This document shows, piece by piece, positions 62,231-64,000 of a stretch of DNA of 64,000 nt (the stretch's first letter is position 1; each line of letters begins with the position of its first letter). Source of the stretch: Spirochaetia bacterium (GTDB lineage: Bacteria; Spirochaetota; Spirochaetia; WTKD01; G963693115); assembly GCA_965226055.1 (NCBI GenBank), contig CBDDCA010000005.1, positions 640,001 to 704,000 on the forward strand, given 5' to 3'. A model generated the notes under the pieces. The model was not told the origin of the DNA. It was given only the letters and a program-made list of their open reading frames with translations, and searched no databases. The translations under genes and the position numbers were made by a program.

Positions 62231-62317
62231 AATAGGGTAAATCTGTAAGCTCATTTCTTCCTGCTCCTACTAAGCCAAATAAACCAACTATTTTTCTATC
62301 AAAAATGCTTTCGTATA
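62231..62317 (-). pseudogene. araG remnant between the duplicated araF genes
   Basis: 62244-62296 aligns to internal araG 60271-60323 (IVGLFGLVGAGRSEL). 62304-62317 resembles the araG start with ATG changed to ACG. Confidence 0.8.
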
Positions 62318-63313
62318 TTATTCTAACCCTAAATCTTTTCTCACCTGTGAATAGTTCGCTCTTGTTGCTAATTCTCCAGAAGTATAGGTGAGCTTAGGTG
62401 GCTCTGTTCCATTTACAATCCACTCATACATATTGGTAGACGTCTCATATCCATGTCTCTTAGGACTGATAATGATTGTCCCAAAAAACCCTGTCTCATC
62501 GTCTTTTTTAAATTCATCTATTGCAACATCACTACCATTTATTCCTACTCCTATCATATTACTTGTAGACACCCCATTTCCTTCTAAAGCTCTTACTGCT
62601 CCCAGTGCAGAAGCATCATTTAATCCAAATACTACCCATTGTTTTACTTCTGGACTTTTTGCAATAACAATATTAGCAGCATCAAAAGCTCCTTCTGTGC
62701 CATATTTCTGTGGTGCGTCAATAATATTTTCTGCAAGAAAACCATTTGCTAAAAGAGCTTCAGTAGCTCCATCTGTTCTGTCTTTTGCAGTAGGCAATTC
62801 ATTAAAACTTACACGTATAGCGTATGTGTCCTCAGGCTTCCATGACCGTGCTTTCATTTCATCAGCTATAGCAGTACCTACTAGCTTGCCTATCTCAAAT
62901 GCAGAAATGCCCATATGAACAACCTCTTCTATTGGAGCTCCGTCATTTCCTAACAGACGATCGTCTACTGTCATGAGTTTTAGATTATTCGCTTTCGCTC
63001 GTGCCACTACTGCAGTCCCAAGTTTTACATCAGGAACACAGATAATTACTCCTTGAGCCTGTTGTGCTCCAAGATTATCTAATGCCGCTACCACTTGTTC
63101 GCCATCACCTGCCCCTATTTTTACTAAAGTAAACCCTTTTTCTTTTGCAGCTACTTCTGCAAACTTCCATTCATCAAGAAACCACGGCTCTTGAGCATCT
63201 TTTACAACAAAGCCAATTTTTACCGTATTGTCTTCCCCTGAACCTGCAGAAAAAACAACAGTAGGCAAAAATAATAGCATTGCTAGCATAAGTAATGTAT
63301 GTACTACTTTCAT
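62318..63313 (-). CDS. araF: Arabinose-binding protein, copy 2
   Basis: Near-identical paralogue of 61165-62163; AGGAGG RBS before ATG 63313. Confidence 0.85.
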   Translation of the reverse strand: MKVVHTLLMLAMLLFLPTVVFSAGSGEDNTVKIGFVVKDAQEPWFLDEWKFAEVAAKEKGFTLVKIGAGDGEQVVAALDNLGAQQAQGVIICVPDVKLGTAVVARAKANNLKLMTVDDRLLGNDGAPIEEVVHMGISAFEIGKLVGTAIADEMKARSWKPEDTYAIRVSFNELPTAKDRTDGATEALLANGFLAENIIDAPQKYGTEGAFDAANIVIAKSPEVKQWVVFGLNDASALGAVRALEGNGVSTSNMIGVGINGSDVAIDEFKKDDETGFFGTIIISPKRHGYETSTNMYEWIVNGTEPPKLTYTSGELATRANYSQVRKDLGLE

Positions 63314-63401
63314 ACTACCTCCTAAATATATGTACTTATAGTATAGCAAAAATTATCTGTTATGACATCTATCAGCATTCCATCATTTTTACACTATGAG
63401 C

Positions 63402-64000
63402 CTAACATTGCAATATATGTAAGATATAGTCAATACTCACTGCTTGTCTATAATTTTTATTTTTTTGTAACAACATATCTCTAAAATACCTATATTTTTC
63501 TGTATCATTCATACCATAAAAACCAAGCATCAAAGAAAATATACATTTTTCATGGAACTCTTTCTGCCTATCTATTTCATATACATTAAAATCAGGCATA
63601 GATACTGCAAAAAAATCTTCTTGTAATTGCTTATCTTTATTTCTTTCGCCAAAACTAATCAGCTGATAACATAACTTATTGGCAGAAACTTCATCGTTGA
63701 TCTTTCTGTGTGCCATAGCTTGATAAAACACATACTCTAACGGAGCGTCATTATAATAGCTTGTAGCGTTTATTTCAGCACGACCCTTTGTTGCATATCG
63801 AAACGATGTAATAGCATCTTCTGTATGATGGGCTTTTTCTTGTATACAGCCTAAAATATAGTATATATCATTATCTGTTGTATTTATAAGTTTTCCTTCA
63901 TTGATAGTATCAGGATATACTAAGGCGTTTTTTAAGAGAGAAATAGCTTGTTCATAGTGTCCTTTTATATATTCTTGTAACGATACTCCTATACTTGCTG
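63402..64000 (-). CDS. C-terminal part of a TPR-containing protein (DUF5107-associated type), starts beyond the right edge
   Basis: The frame is open to the window edge: ALVYPDTINEGKL...DNDIYYILG...YYND...DFFAVSMPD. Confidence 0.7.
   Translation of the reverse strand, partial: ASIGVSLQEYIKGHYEQAISLLKNALVYPDTINEGKLINTTDNDIYYILGCIQEKAHHTEDAITSFRYATKGRAEINATSYYNDAPLEYVFYQAMAHRKINDEVSANKLCYQLISFGERNKDKQLQEDFFAVSMPDFNVYEIDRQKEFHEKCIFSLMLGFYGMNDTEKYRYFRDMLLQKNKNYRQAVSIDYILHILQC

Overview
AT-rich bacterial chromosome segment, most likely from a host-associated spirochete (inferred from archaeal-type pyrH, PPi-PFK, a NusG domain II protein, ThyX and 'A[N/G]xE'-type solute-binding signal peptides). 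The backbone is housekeeping and transport genes: opp/dpp ABC, pyrH, adenylate cyclase, pfp, lon, serC, GH31+TRAP, thyX, hisA/hisE, lysA, araFGH and fucU. Single accessory units are scattered among them: three giant surface lipoproteins (one missed by the ORF track, 4210 to <1), a type II R-M pair, a TIR-STAND ATPase, a TM + ImmA/IrrE pair and a TIR(ThsB-like) + TM pair. All three lipoproteins share one promoter layout: long homopolymer, TATAAT, short inverted repeat, RBS. This suggests slippage-tuned expression. Two are mosaic paralogues with swapped stalk modules and variable DUF285/BspA LRR heads. A dispersed non-coding element (36 bp identical in two inverted copies, one degenerate copy, one possible remnant) repeatedly sits between a core-gene promoter and an accessory gene. 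I recognised no rRNA, tRNA, CRISPR array, integrase, transposase or reverse transcriptase. All family assignments come from motif recognition, not database searches.
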